The position numbers and the translations under genes were made by a program. The notes beneath the pieces were generated by a model. It worked only from the letters and a program-made list of their open reading frames with translations, did not search any database and had not been told where the DNA came from. A stretch of 41,503 nt of DNA from Thermoplasmata archaeon (GTDB lineage Archaea; Thermoplasmatota; SW-10-69-26; JACQPN01; JAJPHT01). The stretch is taken from the NCBI GenBank assembly GCA_034667685.1, contig JAXDQU010000009.1:1-41503 (forward strand), in the 5' to 3' direction. This document shows, in pieces, positions 25,639 to 33,775 of the stretch (the stretch's first letter is position 1; the number at the start of each line of letters is the position of its first letter).

Positions 25639-26372
25639 CGCACGACCAGCACGCTGCACGAAGCGTCGAGCGCGGCGCGCAGCCCGGGCGCGTCGGCCTC
25701 GACGACGAGGAGCGAGGCGCCTGCCTCCCGCGCCGCCGCCGCGAGGGGCTCGCGCGTGGGCAGATAGCGCAACGACTCGCGGCGGGCGAGGCGCTTGGCG
25801 TACGGCTCCGCGCGCGACCCGGAGGCGACGACGGGGCCGAGGCCTGGGCCCCGCCGCGCCAGGAGGACGCTGCAGGGCGCCTCGGCGACGAGCTGCGCCG
25901 CGACGTGGCCGAGGCGCGCGTTGGGGGCGCCCGGGTGGCGCGCGGCGCCCAGCGCGAGCAGGTCCGCCTCGTGGAGGAGGACGGCGCGGATCATCTCGGT
26001 GACGATGCGCCCCGTCGCCTCGTGGTCGGTCGCGCGGACGCCCGCGCGCGCGAGGTCGGCCATCGCGTCCTGCACGGCGCGCCCCGCGTCGCGCATGAGC
26101 CCCCACCACGGGAGGCCACCCTCCGTGGGCGGGACGAAGGCGGGCACTCGCACGCGCGCCGCGACGACGGGCGCGTCCCAGCCGCGCGCGAGGCGGGCGG
26201 TCCACGCCAGCGCGGCCAGCGCGCCGGGCGACCCGTCCATGGCGACGACGATACGGCGGACCAGCGGAGCCTCGCCGCTCATCTCGAAGGCGCCCAGGTG
26301 CGCAGGCTCGTGGGCGGAGACGCCGCCGCGCTCCAGCGCCGGGGCTTCGCGCCTCCGCAGCGGAAGGGTCAT
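25635..26372 (-). CDS. Universal stress protein (UspA domain plus degenerate second domain)
   Basis: RRIVVAMDGSPGALAAL, ADLLALGA...LGHVAAQLVAEAPCSVLLAR and C-terminal SCSVLVVR. Confidence 0.8.
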   Translation of the reverse strand: MTLPLRRREAPALERGGVSAHEPAHLGAFEMSGEAPLVRRIVVAMDGSPGALAALAWTARLARGWDAPVVAARVRVPAFVPPTEGGLPWWGLMRDAGRAVQDAMADLARAGVRATDHEATGRIVTEMIRAVLLHEADLLALGAARHPGAPNARLGHVAAQLVAEAPCSVLLARRGPGLGPVVASGSRAEPYAKRLARRESLRYLPTREPLAAAAREAGASLLVVEADAPGLRAALDASCSVLVVR

Positions 26373-26577
26373 CGGCCGGGAGGACGTCGGAAGCCGGATG
26401 AAGCCCGCGCGGGGGCGGAATCAGCGCTACCGAAAGGGGCTAGGGCTCGCGCAGGACCAGGACCGAACCGGACGCACGGTGGCAGCGCTCCGCCAGGGCA
26501 AGGCCCAGCGCCGCGGCCTCCTGGCTCCCGCGCGAGCCGTCGACGCCCACGAGCACGGAGGCGCGAGGCGGCGGCTG

Positions 26578-26700
26578 GCGCGCGAGAGCACGCTCGCGCG
26601 GGGGCGGTTGCGCACGCCCTCGCTCACGCTGCCCAGGAACGCGCGTTCCACGGGGCCGCGCTCGTGCGAGCCCAGGATCACAAGGCCGCTCCAGCGTCGC
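26578..26700 (-). pseudogene. Isolated C-terminal fragment of a Usp domain
   Basis: GLVILGSHERGPVERAFLGSVSEGVRNRPRASVL is the Usp G-x-x-G...GSV motif without the N-terminal half. Confidence 0.55.
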
Positions 26701-26781
26701 ACGCGCCGCGTCCTTCGTCGCCGCGTACTCGGAGGCCAGCGGCCAGACCGGGTCATGCCCCGAACGGGTACGGCACGCCCC

Positions 26782-27117
26782 TCAGCCGATCGTCTTGCGC
26801 AGCTCGGCGACGGTCTCCGTCATCATGGTGAGGATGCTGCGCAGGTGCGGGATGAACTCCGAGATGCGCGTGGTCGTCACGGCGCCCTGCGCGGAGGGCT
26901 CGATGAGCCCCTCCTGCTCCAGGATGCGCAGCGAGTAGCGGACCTTGTGCTGCGGGTGGCCGGTGATCTCGCTGAGGCGGATGATGCCGATCGGCTCGTG
27001 GTCCTTGACGGCCTTCAGGATCTCGACGTGCCGCTGGAGCAATTCGAGCTCCAGCTCCATCTTGCCCGTGAGGCCGCTCTCGCCCGCCGTGTCTCCCGGG
27101 GTCCCGCGCTCGTCCAT
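26782..27117 (-). CDS. Archaeal winged-HTH protein (COG3388-like predicted regulator)
   Basis: LLQRHVEILKAVKDHEPIGIIRLSEITGHPQHKVRYSLRILEQEGLIEPSAQGA. TATA-like CTTATC about 42 nt upstream. Confidence 0.85.
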   Translation of the reverse strand: MDERGTPGDTAGESGLTGKMELELELLQRHVEILKAVKDHEPIGIIRLSEITGHPQHKVRYSLRILEQEGLIEPSAQGAVTTTRISEFIPHLRSILTMMTETVAELRKTIG

Positions 27118-27174
27118 GCTACGCACCGTGCTACGCGGCCGCGAGCGCCCAGGCGCGGATAAGGGCTTCGAGAC

Positions 27175-27372
27175 CCCAGCCCCAGCCTCAGCCTCAGCCT
27201 CAGCCTCAGCCTGCTCGCGGCCGGCGTCAACACGAAGCCACCAAGACACGAAGGCCCAGGAATCTTCGTGTTTTGGTGGCTTCGTGGCTTCGTGTTGACG
27301 CCGGCCTGAGAAGACGAGCATGCGTAGGCTGAGGGCTGAGGCTGAGGCTGAGGCTGAGGCTAAGGCTGAGGC
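27175..27372. repeat. Nested ~200-bp palindrome: (CCTCAG)n/(CTGAGG)n outer arms, CACGAAGC-type 8-mer inner arms
   Basis: Perfect 23-bp inverted repeat at 27219-27241 / 27284-27306, with complementary hexamer arrays outside it. Confidence 0.9.
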
Positions 27373-28296
27373 CTACGTCGAGGTCGGCGCGTAGATCGCG
27401 ACCATCAGCTCCAGGAAGTCGAACGCGAAGTGCGTCGCGATGGGGCCCCAGAGGCTGCCCGTGCGGCGGCGCAGGAGGCCGAGCGCGAGGCCCAGCGCGA
27501 GCGTCACGACGATCTCCAGCGCGTTGACGTACGAGAGGTGCGCCGCGGAGAAGAGGAGCGCTTGCCCGACGAGCCCGACGCGCGGCAGCAGGAAGCCGCG
27601 GAAGAAGACCTCCTCCGAGACGGCGGCGCCCGCGGCGACGACGAGCGCGCTCGCGACGTCGAGCCCCCGCGCGATGTCGAGCGCGCGCTGGTTCTCGGGG
27701 ATGTCGACGAAGCGCGAGAGCAGCGCCGAGGCCGCGATCAGCGCCGCGAGGAAGCCCGCGGCCACGAGAAGACCGACGATCATCTGCCGGCCCGCGCCTT
27801 CGGGGGCCAGGCCCAGCTCGCGCAGCGCGCCGGAGGGACCCGTGCGGCCCACGAACGAGACGTAGAAGAGCACCGGCAGCACGAACACCGCGACGTTCAC
27901 CACGATGTTGAGCACGACGTCGCCCGCGGTGAGCGTCACGTCGGGCTGCGGCACGTGGCGCAGCGTCGCCTCGAGCGCGTAGATGCCGTTGGCGAGGCCG
28001 TTCCCGAAGACGTACTCCAGCGCGCTCACGACGAGCACGAGCGCGATGACGTGCCCCGCGTCGGTGAGGTCGAGCCGCGTGCGGCCCGAGAGCGCGCGCT
28101 GCATCGTGGCCGGCGCCGCCGCGACTGCGCCGAGGAAGCCCGCGTAGGCGAGGCTCGTGATCGCGAGCCACGCGGCCGTGGCCGGGTAGCCCGCGCGCAG
28201 CACGAGCAGGGGGGTGAGGATGCCGAAGTAGGCAAGGACGACCAGCGCGCAGGCGCCCGCGATCACGCGTGGCGCCACAGGGTAAGCGCTGGGCAT
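27373..28296 (-). CDS. CPBP (CAAX/Abi) family intramembrane glutamic protease
   Basis: EEVFFRG, FSAAH and HFAFD motifs with multiple TM segments. Confidence 0.9.
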   Translation of the reverse strand: MPSAYPVAPRVIAGACALVVLAYFGILTPLLVLRAGYPATAAWLAITSLAYAGFLGAVAAAPATMQRALSGRTRLDLTDAGHVIALVLVVSALEYVFGNGLANGIYALEATLRHVPQPDVTLTAGDVVLNIVVNVAVFVLPVLFYVSFVGRTGPSGALRELGLAPEGAGRQMIVGLLVAAGFLAALIAASALLSRFVDIPENQRALDIARGLDVASALVVAAGAAVSEEVFFRGFLLPRVGLVGQALLFSAAHLSYVNALEIVVTLALGLALGLLRRRTGSLWGPIATHFAFDFLELMVAIYAPTST

Positions 28297-28334
28297 CGGC
28301 CGGGCGACGCGCGCCCGTCACAAATGCGTTGTGG

Positions 28335-28380
28335 AGAAGGAAAGAAGGGTCTCGGGGCGGACTTTCGCCCGCCCCGAGGG
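28335..28380 (-). terminator. Hairpin terminator downstream of the 28404-29339 gene
   Basis: Minus strand reads CTCGGGGCGGGC-GAAA-GTCCGCCCCGAG followed by ACCCTTCTTTCCTTCT. Confidence 0.7.
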
Positions 28381-28403
28381 GTTCAGTTCTCACGGCCGTC
28401 TAT

Positions 28404-29339
28404 CTACGGGGCCGTGATGGTGCCCTGGAGGGGCGTGCTCGCGCCCGCGGCGGGGCTGCCGGGGTCGACGCCGGGGACGGAGCCGATGCCGCACTGGTTG
28501 TTGCCCGCGAGGGGGCCGGTCAGCAGGCCGGTGCCCGCGAGGCCGCCGCCGACCGACGAGCTGTCACCGATGACGGGGCAGCCGGTCAGGTCGAGGAGGG
28601 GGCCGCCGGTCAGGCCGGGGAGGCCGGACGCGCTGGGGCCGAAGACGAAGAAGCTCCACGCGCTGCCGTCGAGGACGCCGAAGCACTGGACGCCGTTGGG
28701 GTCCGTGCGGGCCACGCCCTGCGTGCCCGCGCCGAAGGACGTCGCCCACGGGTCGGGGTCAGTCGTGCTGCCGTCGTGGGGGTTCACGTTGGCCGCGAGC
28801 GTCGCGCTCGTGCCCGGGAAGTGGCCCGTCACGCCCTGACCGCAGTCGAAGGGGTCCGTGTCGTAGCTGTCCGACACGACGTTGTTGCCGGTGCAGGTCT
28901 GGCCCGCGGTCCAGGCGGCCGGGTCCTGGCCGTCGGTGCCGAAGGTGAAGTCCACGGGCAGGTTCGCCGTGTTCGTCTGGATCGTCGCGGTCGCGCCGAC
29001 GCCACCGTTGTGGTGACCGACGACGGGGGCCGCGGGGTCGCAGGCGCCCTGGCTGGTCTCAGGGAACTGAGCGCCGCCCTGGCCGGTCTCGTTGTCGCCG
29101 TCGCCCGTCGCGCAGCCGGACGTGTCGAACACGTCGGCAACGCCGACGCCGCCGAACTGGGAGTCGAGCGTCACGCCGAAGTTGCCGGCGATCACGAAGA
29201 CGTGGGTCGTCTGCGCGGGGACGTAGTTAAGGTTCGAGCTGTCGCAGTTCGGGAGCGGGGGGACGGTGGCCGCCATGGCAACCGCGGGCACGAGGGCGCC
29301 GAGGAGCACGACGGACGTCAGGATCACTTTCGCGTTCAT
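28404..29339 (-). CDS. Secreted Gly/Thr/Asp-rich hypothetical protein with paired Cys
   Basis: Signal peptide MNAKVILTSVVLLGALVPAVAMA, SD GGAGGT upstream and strong GC3 bias. Confidence 0.8.
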   Translation of the reverse strand: MNAKVILTSVVLLGALVPAVAMAATVPPLPNCDSSNLNYVPAQTTHVFVIAGNFGVTLDSQFGGVGVADVFDTSGCATGDGDNETGQGGAQFPETSQGACDPAAPVVGHHNGGVGATATIQTNTANLPVDFTFGTDGQDPAAWTAGQTCTGNNVVSDSYDTDPFDCGQGVTGHFPGTSATLAANVNPHDGSTTDPDPWATSFGAGTQGVARTDPNGVQCFGVLDGSAWSFFVFGPSASGLPGLTGGPLLDLTGCPVIGDSSSVGGGLAGTGLLTGPLAGNNQCGIGSVPGVDPGSPAAGASTPLQGTITAP

Positions 29340-29436
29340 GTAATACCTCCAAACCATCCGACATCAGCCGGGTGGCGGACCCTCCAATCCGCTTGGTAGG
29401 GTTCACGATTGTGGATGATTGCTGTGAAGCCCCGAG

Positions 29437-31035
29437 TCAAGGGCGGCGGCGCCACGCCACAGCGCCGCTGGCGGCCGCCAGGAGCGCGACCCACCACGGG
29501 AGCGGAACGCCGCGTGGCGCGCTTTCCGTCGTGTTCGTGCTCGCGCTGGTCCCGGCGGGCGTCGTGACGGGGGCGGTGTCGCCCGTGGTGCCATCGTTGA
29601 GGCGGACGATGGTGCCCGAGGTCGCGGGCACGTAGTGCGCGTGCTCACCGGTCGTGCCGTTGAGCGAGGCCTTGAGGTCGTAGGTGACGTTGCGCGGGAC
29701 GAGGTCCGCGCCCAGGCGGATCCGGTCGAGCCCCATCGGGGCGCCGGTAGTCCCGGTGGTCCCGTTGAAGACGATCGCGTGGGTCGTCTCGTCGGAGACG
29801 ACGAGGTTCGCGTTGTCCTGGATCTTGCTTCCGTCGGCGTTCGAGACCATCACGGTGGTCGGCTGGACGACGTGGAGCCAGCCGAGGCTGCCCGGGTCGC
29901 CCTCGCCGATGGGGTGCGTAGGGTCGGCCACGTCGGGGTCGACGACGGCGACGTCGAAGCCGCCCACGTCGTGGAAGCGCACGCCCGGGAGGTCCATGAC
30001 GCGCGACTTCAGCTCGACCGCGTCCGCGGAGCGCCCCGTCGGGCCAATCGAGACGTTCGTGAAGGCGAAGGTGAGGTTCTCGTTGCCCCCGAGGATCATG
30101 GCGAGGGCGCGGGGCGCGCTCGTGCTGATCGTGGCGTTCTCGATGCGCACCGGGCTGACGCCGCGCAGCGCGCTCCCCACCTGGTCGGCGTAGATGCCCT
30201 GCTGGTGGGGGTCGACGCAGGCGAAGTTCCTCAGGTCGAGGTCGAGCCCGAAGCCCTCCTCGACGGTCAGGCAGCTCGTGGAGTTGGTGTTGCGCATCCC
30301 GTCGACGACGACGTGGACGGCACGCATGGCAAGGCCCGCCGTGCTCTGCTCGAAGGTGACGTTCCGCAGCGTCGCGGTCTGGTTCGACGTCGAGAGGAAG
30401 ACGTTGGCGCCCGCGCCGCGGAAGACCGCGTCCTGGACGTCCACGAAGGCGTTCGTGGCGACCAGGCCCGCGCCGTAGGGCGAGTCGAAGGTGACGTTGC
30501 TCAGCGCGACGCGGCCCTGCCCGAGCGGGTTGCCCGAGACCAGGATGCCGCCCGTGTAGTTGAGGAAGCGCGCGTGCGAGGCGTTGACCGTGCCGCGCGG
30601 GACCTCCATGCTCGAAAGGACGGTGACGGGGCCGCCGCGGGGCAGGTTCTGCGCGTTGCCCACGCCGCCCAGGCCGATGACGTCGACGGGGTTCGCGTCC
30701 GTGCCCACGAGCGTCAGCTCGCCGACGATCTTGCTCGCCCAGCCGATCTCGCCGCGCAGGAGGGCCGGCGACTCGTTCGTGGACTCCACGATCATGCGGG
30801 CGGTGGCGTTGACCTCCAGCGTGGCGTTGTGGAAGTCGACGCTGGTGCCGCGCACGGTGAGCGTGCTGTTGGGCGTCACGACGATGCCGTGGTCCAGGTC
30901 GTGCGGCGTGTCCCACACCACGTCGCCGGTGATGTACTCCAGCGGCGTGTTCGGATGGGGGATGAGCGAGCCCTGCCCCGCGCCGAGGGGAACGGCCAGG
31001 GCCAGGACGACGAGGACCAGGGGCAACGCGCGCAT
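29437..31035 (-). CDS. Secreted parallel beta-helix-like surface protein with C-terminal sorting-signal-like tail
   Basis: Signal peptide, repeated LxNVTF/IENATI strands, Thr-rich linker and tail RGVPLPWWVALLAAASGAVAWRRRP. Confidence 0.75.
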   Translation of the reverse strand: MRALPLVLVVLALAVPLGAGQGSLIPHPNTPLEYITGDVVWDTPHDLDHGIVVTPNSTLTVRGTSVDFHNATLEVNATARMIVESTNESPALLRGEIGWASKIVGELTLVGTDANPVDVIGLGGVGNAQNLPRGGPVTVLSSMEVPRGTVNASHARFLNYTGGILVSGNPLGQGRVALSNVTFDSPYGAGLVATNAFVDVQDAVFRGAGANVFLSTSNQTATLRNVTFEQSTAGLAMRAVHVVVDGMRNTNSTSCLTVEEGFGLDLDLRNFACVDPHQQGIYADQVGSALRGVSPVRIENATISTSAPRALAMILGGNENLTFAFTNVSIGPTGRSADAVELKSRVMDLPGVRFHDVGGFDVAVVDPDVADPTHPIGEGDPGSLGWLHVVQPTTVMVSNADGSKIQDNANLVVSDETTHAIVFNGTTGTTGAPMGLDRIRLGADLVPRNVTYDLKASLNGTTGEHAHYVPATSGTIVRLNDGTTGDTAPVTTPAGTSASTNTTESAPRGVPLPWWVALLAAASGAVAWRRRP

Positions 31036-31090
31036 GAGGGGCGTCAGAAATCGGTCGCACGTCTTGAACGATGTGGAGGTAAATCGTGAA

Positions 31091-33697
31091 TCATCGGCGG
31101 CGGCGCGCGACCAGCGCGAGGACCACGAGAAGCAGCGCGGCCTCCGGCCCGGGAATGGCGTGCTGCGTGGCCGTCGTCTTGTCGGAGACCGCGACGGGCG
31201 GCACGATGGTGACGGGGACGGTCGCGCGCAGGGGCGTGCCGTCGGGCGCGGTGGCGCTGACGCGGACCGTGTAGGTGCCTCCGGCCGCGAAACGGTGGAC
31301 GGGCGAGGCGCCCTGCCCGCCCGCGGTGCCGTCGCCCCAGTCCCAGCGCAGGATGGTGTTGGAGGGGGCGTTCTGGAGCTGCGCGTCGAACGTGGCCGTG
31401 TCGCCCTGGACCGAGACGACCCGCGCGAGGATCGCGGGCGCCGCGGGGTCCGTGGGCGTGGGCGCCACGTAGGTTGACGGGCGCGGGGCCGCGGGGGAGC
31501 CGCCGGTGGGCGCGACGGGCGCGGTGTAGGCGAGGCTGCGCGCCTGGGACCACGCGCTCTGCAAGGGCGCGCTGACGCGGACGCTGAACGTGTACGTGCC
31601 CGACACGTCGAGCGGGACCTCGAAGGAGGAGCCCGCGACGTCCTGCCCCGCGACGCGCGAGGCGCCGGTGGGGTCGGTGACGCGCACGTCGTAGAGCGCG
31701 GGCGAGCCGCCCACGAGCGTGGGCTGCCACGCCACGAGCGCGCTGCCCTCGTCCTTCAGGCTCGCCGAAGGGGCGTCGGGCGCGGCGGGGACCGGGACGG
31801 GCGTCACGCTCGCGGAGGCGGCGAGCCCCTCGCCGTGCGCGTTCCACGCCGCGACCTCGTAGCCGGTCGTCGGGTCGGTGGGCGCGCGGTCGTCGAAGGC
31901 GAGCGTGCCGGTGACGTTGGCGATCCGCATGCGGACGCCGCCCACGAGCCGGTAGACGTCGTAGCCGCTCGCGCCCTCGACGGCGGGCCACGCGAGGCGC
32001 GCGCGCTCCTCCGCGGGGGGCGAGAGGGCGAGCGTGGCGGAGAGCGAGGCGGGCGCGGGGGGCGCGGCGGTCGCGGCCGCCGTGAGGGGCGCGGACCATG
32101 CGCCGTCCAGGTCGGGGGCGAGCGCGCGGACGCGGTAGACGTGCGTCGCGCCGTCCACGAGGCCCACGTCGTCGAAGGAGGCGCCCGTGACGTTGGCGGC
32201 CGGCGCGCCGTCGCGGAGGACCTGATAGCCCGTGACGCGCGCGTCGGCGAGGGGCGTCCAGGTGAGCGCGACGTGCGCCTCGCCGGGGAGCGCCTTCAGG
32301 CCCGCGGGCGCGGCGAGGGGCGTCTCGCCGGTGGCGTAGCGCGTGGCGGACGTGGCGGGGCCGGGGCCCAGCACGTTGCGCGCGCGCACGCCGAGCGCGC
32401 CCTGCGTCGCGGGGGCGGGGCCCGACCAGGTGGTGGAGGAGGTGGTGGCGAGGACGTGGCCCGCGTCGTCGAGGAGGTCGTAGCCGGTGACGGTGGCGCC
32501 GCCGTCGGAGACGGGCGCGCTCCACGTGACGCGCAGCCCGTCGGCGGTGGGCGCGACGTCGGGCGGCCCGGTGGGGCCGGGCGGGTCCATCGGGACGATG
32601 TACGTGACGTTGCGGGTGATCTGGCGGTTCGGGGCGTTGGTGCCGCCCACGAGGGCGATGCCGTCGCCCAGCGGGAGCTGCGCGGCGACCATGATGGGGA
32701 CGGGCAGCGAGAAGGGGAGCACGGTCGCGTGGCTCAGGTCGCGCAGCGGGATGCGCCAGGCCGTCGTGAGGTTCCCGCTCTGGAGGACGCCGCCCACGAC
32801 GTAGACGTCCTCGCCCACGAGCGCGGCGCCAGGGCCTTCCCACTTGGCGGGGAGGTGGCCCACGATGGCGTCGTCGCGCGCGTCGGGAAGCGTCACGCGC
32901 TGGATCCAGTCCGCGTAGCAATGGTCGATGGGGACCGTGACGGTGGCGTTGGTCCTGGCATTCCGGGTGGTCGCCGGCTCGCACGGGTTCGCGGTCCCGT
33001 TGTTCGCGTAGCCGCCCAGGAGGAGCACCTGGTCGCCGTGGACGACGGGCGTCGGGTCGGCGACGGGCTGCGCGAGGTGCGCGACCGTCTGCACGCGCAT
33101 GCCCTCCGGCGCCGCGGGGTCGAAGGCGAGGATCGAGTCGAGGACGCGCTCGCCCGAGGGGCCGCCGATGGAGACGCCGCCGAAGAGGAAGACCTTCCCG
33201 TCGCGCACGACGGGGGCGATGCCGAAGGCGTCGGTGGGGAGCGTGTCGACCAGCGTCGTGGAGTTGCCCGTGTCGGGATCGATCTCCACGATGTCCTTCT
33301 TCGGATCCGGGTACACGCTGTTGGGGGGCATGCCCGGGATGTGGCGCCCGCCCAGGCCGCCGAAGAGGTAGATCTTGCCCCCGGCGAAGGCGGCCGCGGC
33401 GAGCTGGCGGCCGGGCACGATGCTGGGGTCGGACGAGGTGAGGTTGCCCAGGAGGTGGACGCGCCCCGTGGCCGGCTCGTAGCGGAAGACGTAGGGCGAG
33501 TAGGTGCCGTCCCCCAGGACGCCGGAGACGACGTAGACGTGCCCCGCCCCGTCGTCGGCGATGGCGGAGGCGTACGTCGGCGCGGGAAGGTAGGCGACGA
33601 CCTCCGTCCCCGCGGCGCGCGCGGAGGGCACGAAGCCCGCCAGGAGCGTCGAGGCCAGGACCAGCGCGACGAGGAGGCGCACGAAGCGCGCAGGCAC
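31091..33697 (-). CDS. Surface protein: Kelch propeller, Fn3 repeats, PKD domain and PGF-CTERM-like tail
   Basis: Kelch KIYLFGG/KVFLFGG/VYVVGG, Fn3 TWSAPVSDGGATVTGY, PKD WDWGDG...HRFAAGGTYTV and tail IPGPEAALLLVVLALVARRRR. GTG 33697 precedes the signal peptide. Confidence 0.85.
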   Translation of the reverse strand: MPARFVRLLVALVLASTLLAGFVPSARAAGTEVVAYLPAPTYASAIADDGAGHVYVVSGVLGDGTYSPYVFRYEPATGRVHLLGNLTSSDPSIVPGRQLAAAAFAGGKIYLFGGLGGRHIPGMPPNSVYPDPKKDIVEIDPDTGNSTTLVDTLPTDAFGIAPVVRDGKVFLFGGVSIGGPSGERVLDSILAFDPAAPEGMRVQTVAHLAQPVADPTPVVHGDQVLLLGGYANNGTANPCEPATTRNARTNATVTVPIDHCYADWIQRVTLPDARDDAIVGHLPAKWEGPGAALVGEDVYVVGGVLQSGNLTTAWRIPLRDLSHATVLPFSLPVPIMVAAQLPLGDGIALVGGTNAPNRQITRNVTYIVPMDPPGPTGPPDVAPTADGLRVTWSAPVSDGGATVTGYDLLDDAGHVLATTSSTTWSGPAPATQGALGVRARNVLGPGPATSATRYATGETPLAAPAGLKALPGEAHVALTWTPLADARVTGYQVLRDGAPAANVTGASFDDVGLVDGATHVYRVRALAPDLDGAWSAPLTAAATAAPPAPASLSATLALSPPAEERARLAWPAVEGASGYDVYRLVGGVRMRIANVTGTLAFDDRAPTDPTTGYEVAAWNAHGEGLAASASVTPVPVPAAPDAPSASLKDEGSALVAWQPTLVGGSPALYDVRVTDPTGASRVAGQDVAGSSFEVPLDVSGTYTFSVRVSAPLQSAWSQARSLAYTAPVAPTGGSPAAPRPSTYVAPTPTDPAAPAILARVVSVQGDTATFDAQLQNAPSNTILRWDWGDGTAGGQGASPVHRFAAGGTYTVRVSATAPDGTPLRATVPVTIVPPVAVSDKTTATQHAIPGPEAALLLVVLALVARRRR

Positions 33698-33775
33698 GTC
33701 GGACGATTCAACCGTTGCTAGAGCTTTCCTTTCAGGGGCCTGGGGGTTCATGTCTCCTTGGGGCATGGGGGGCCG

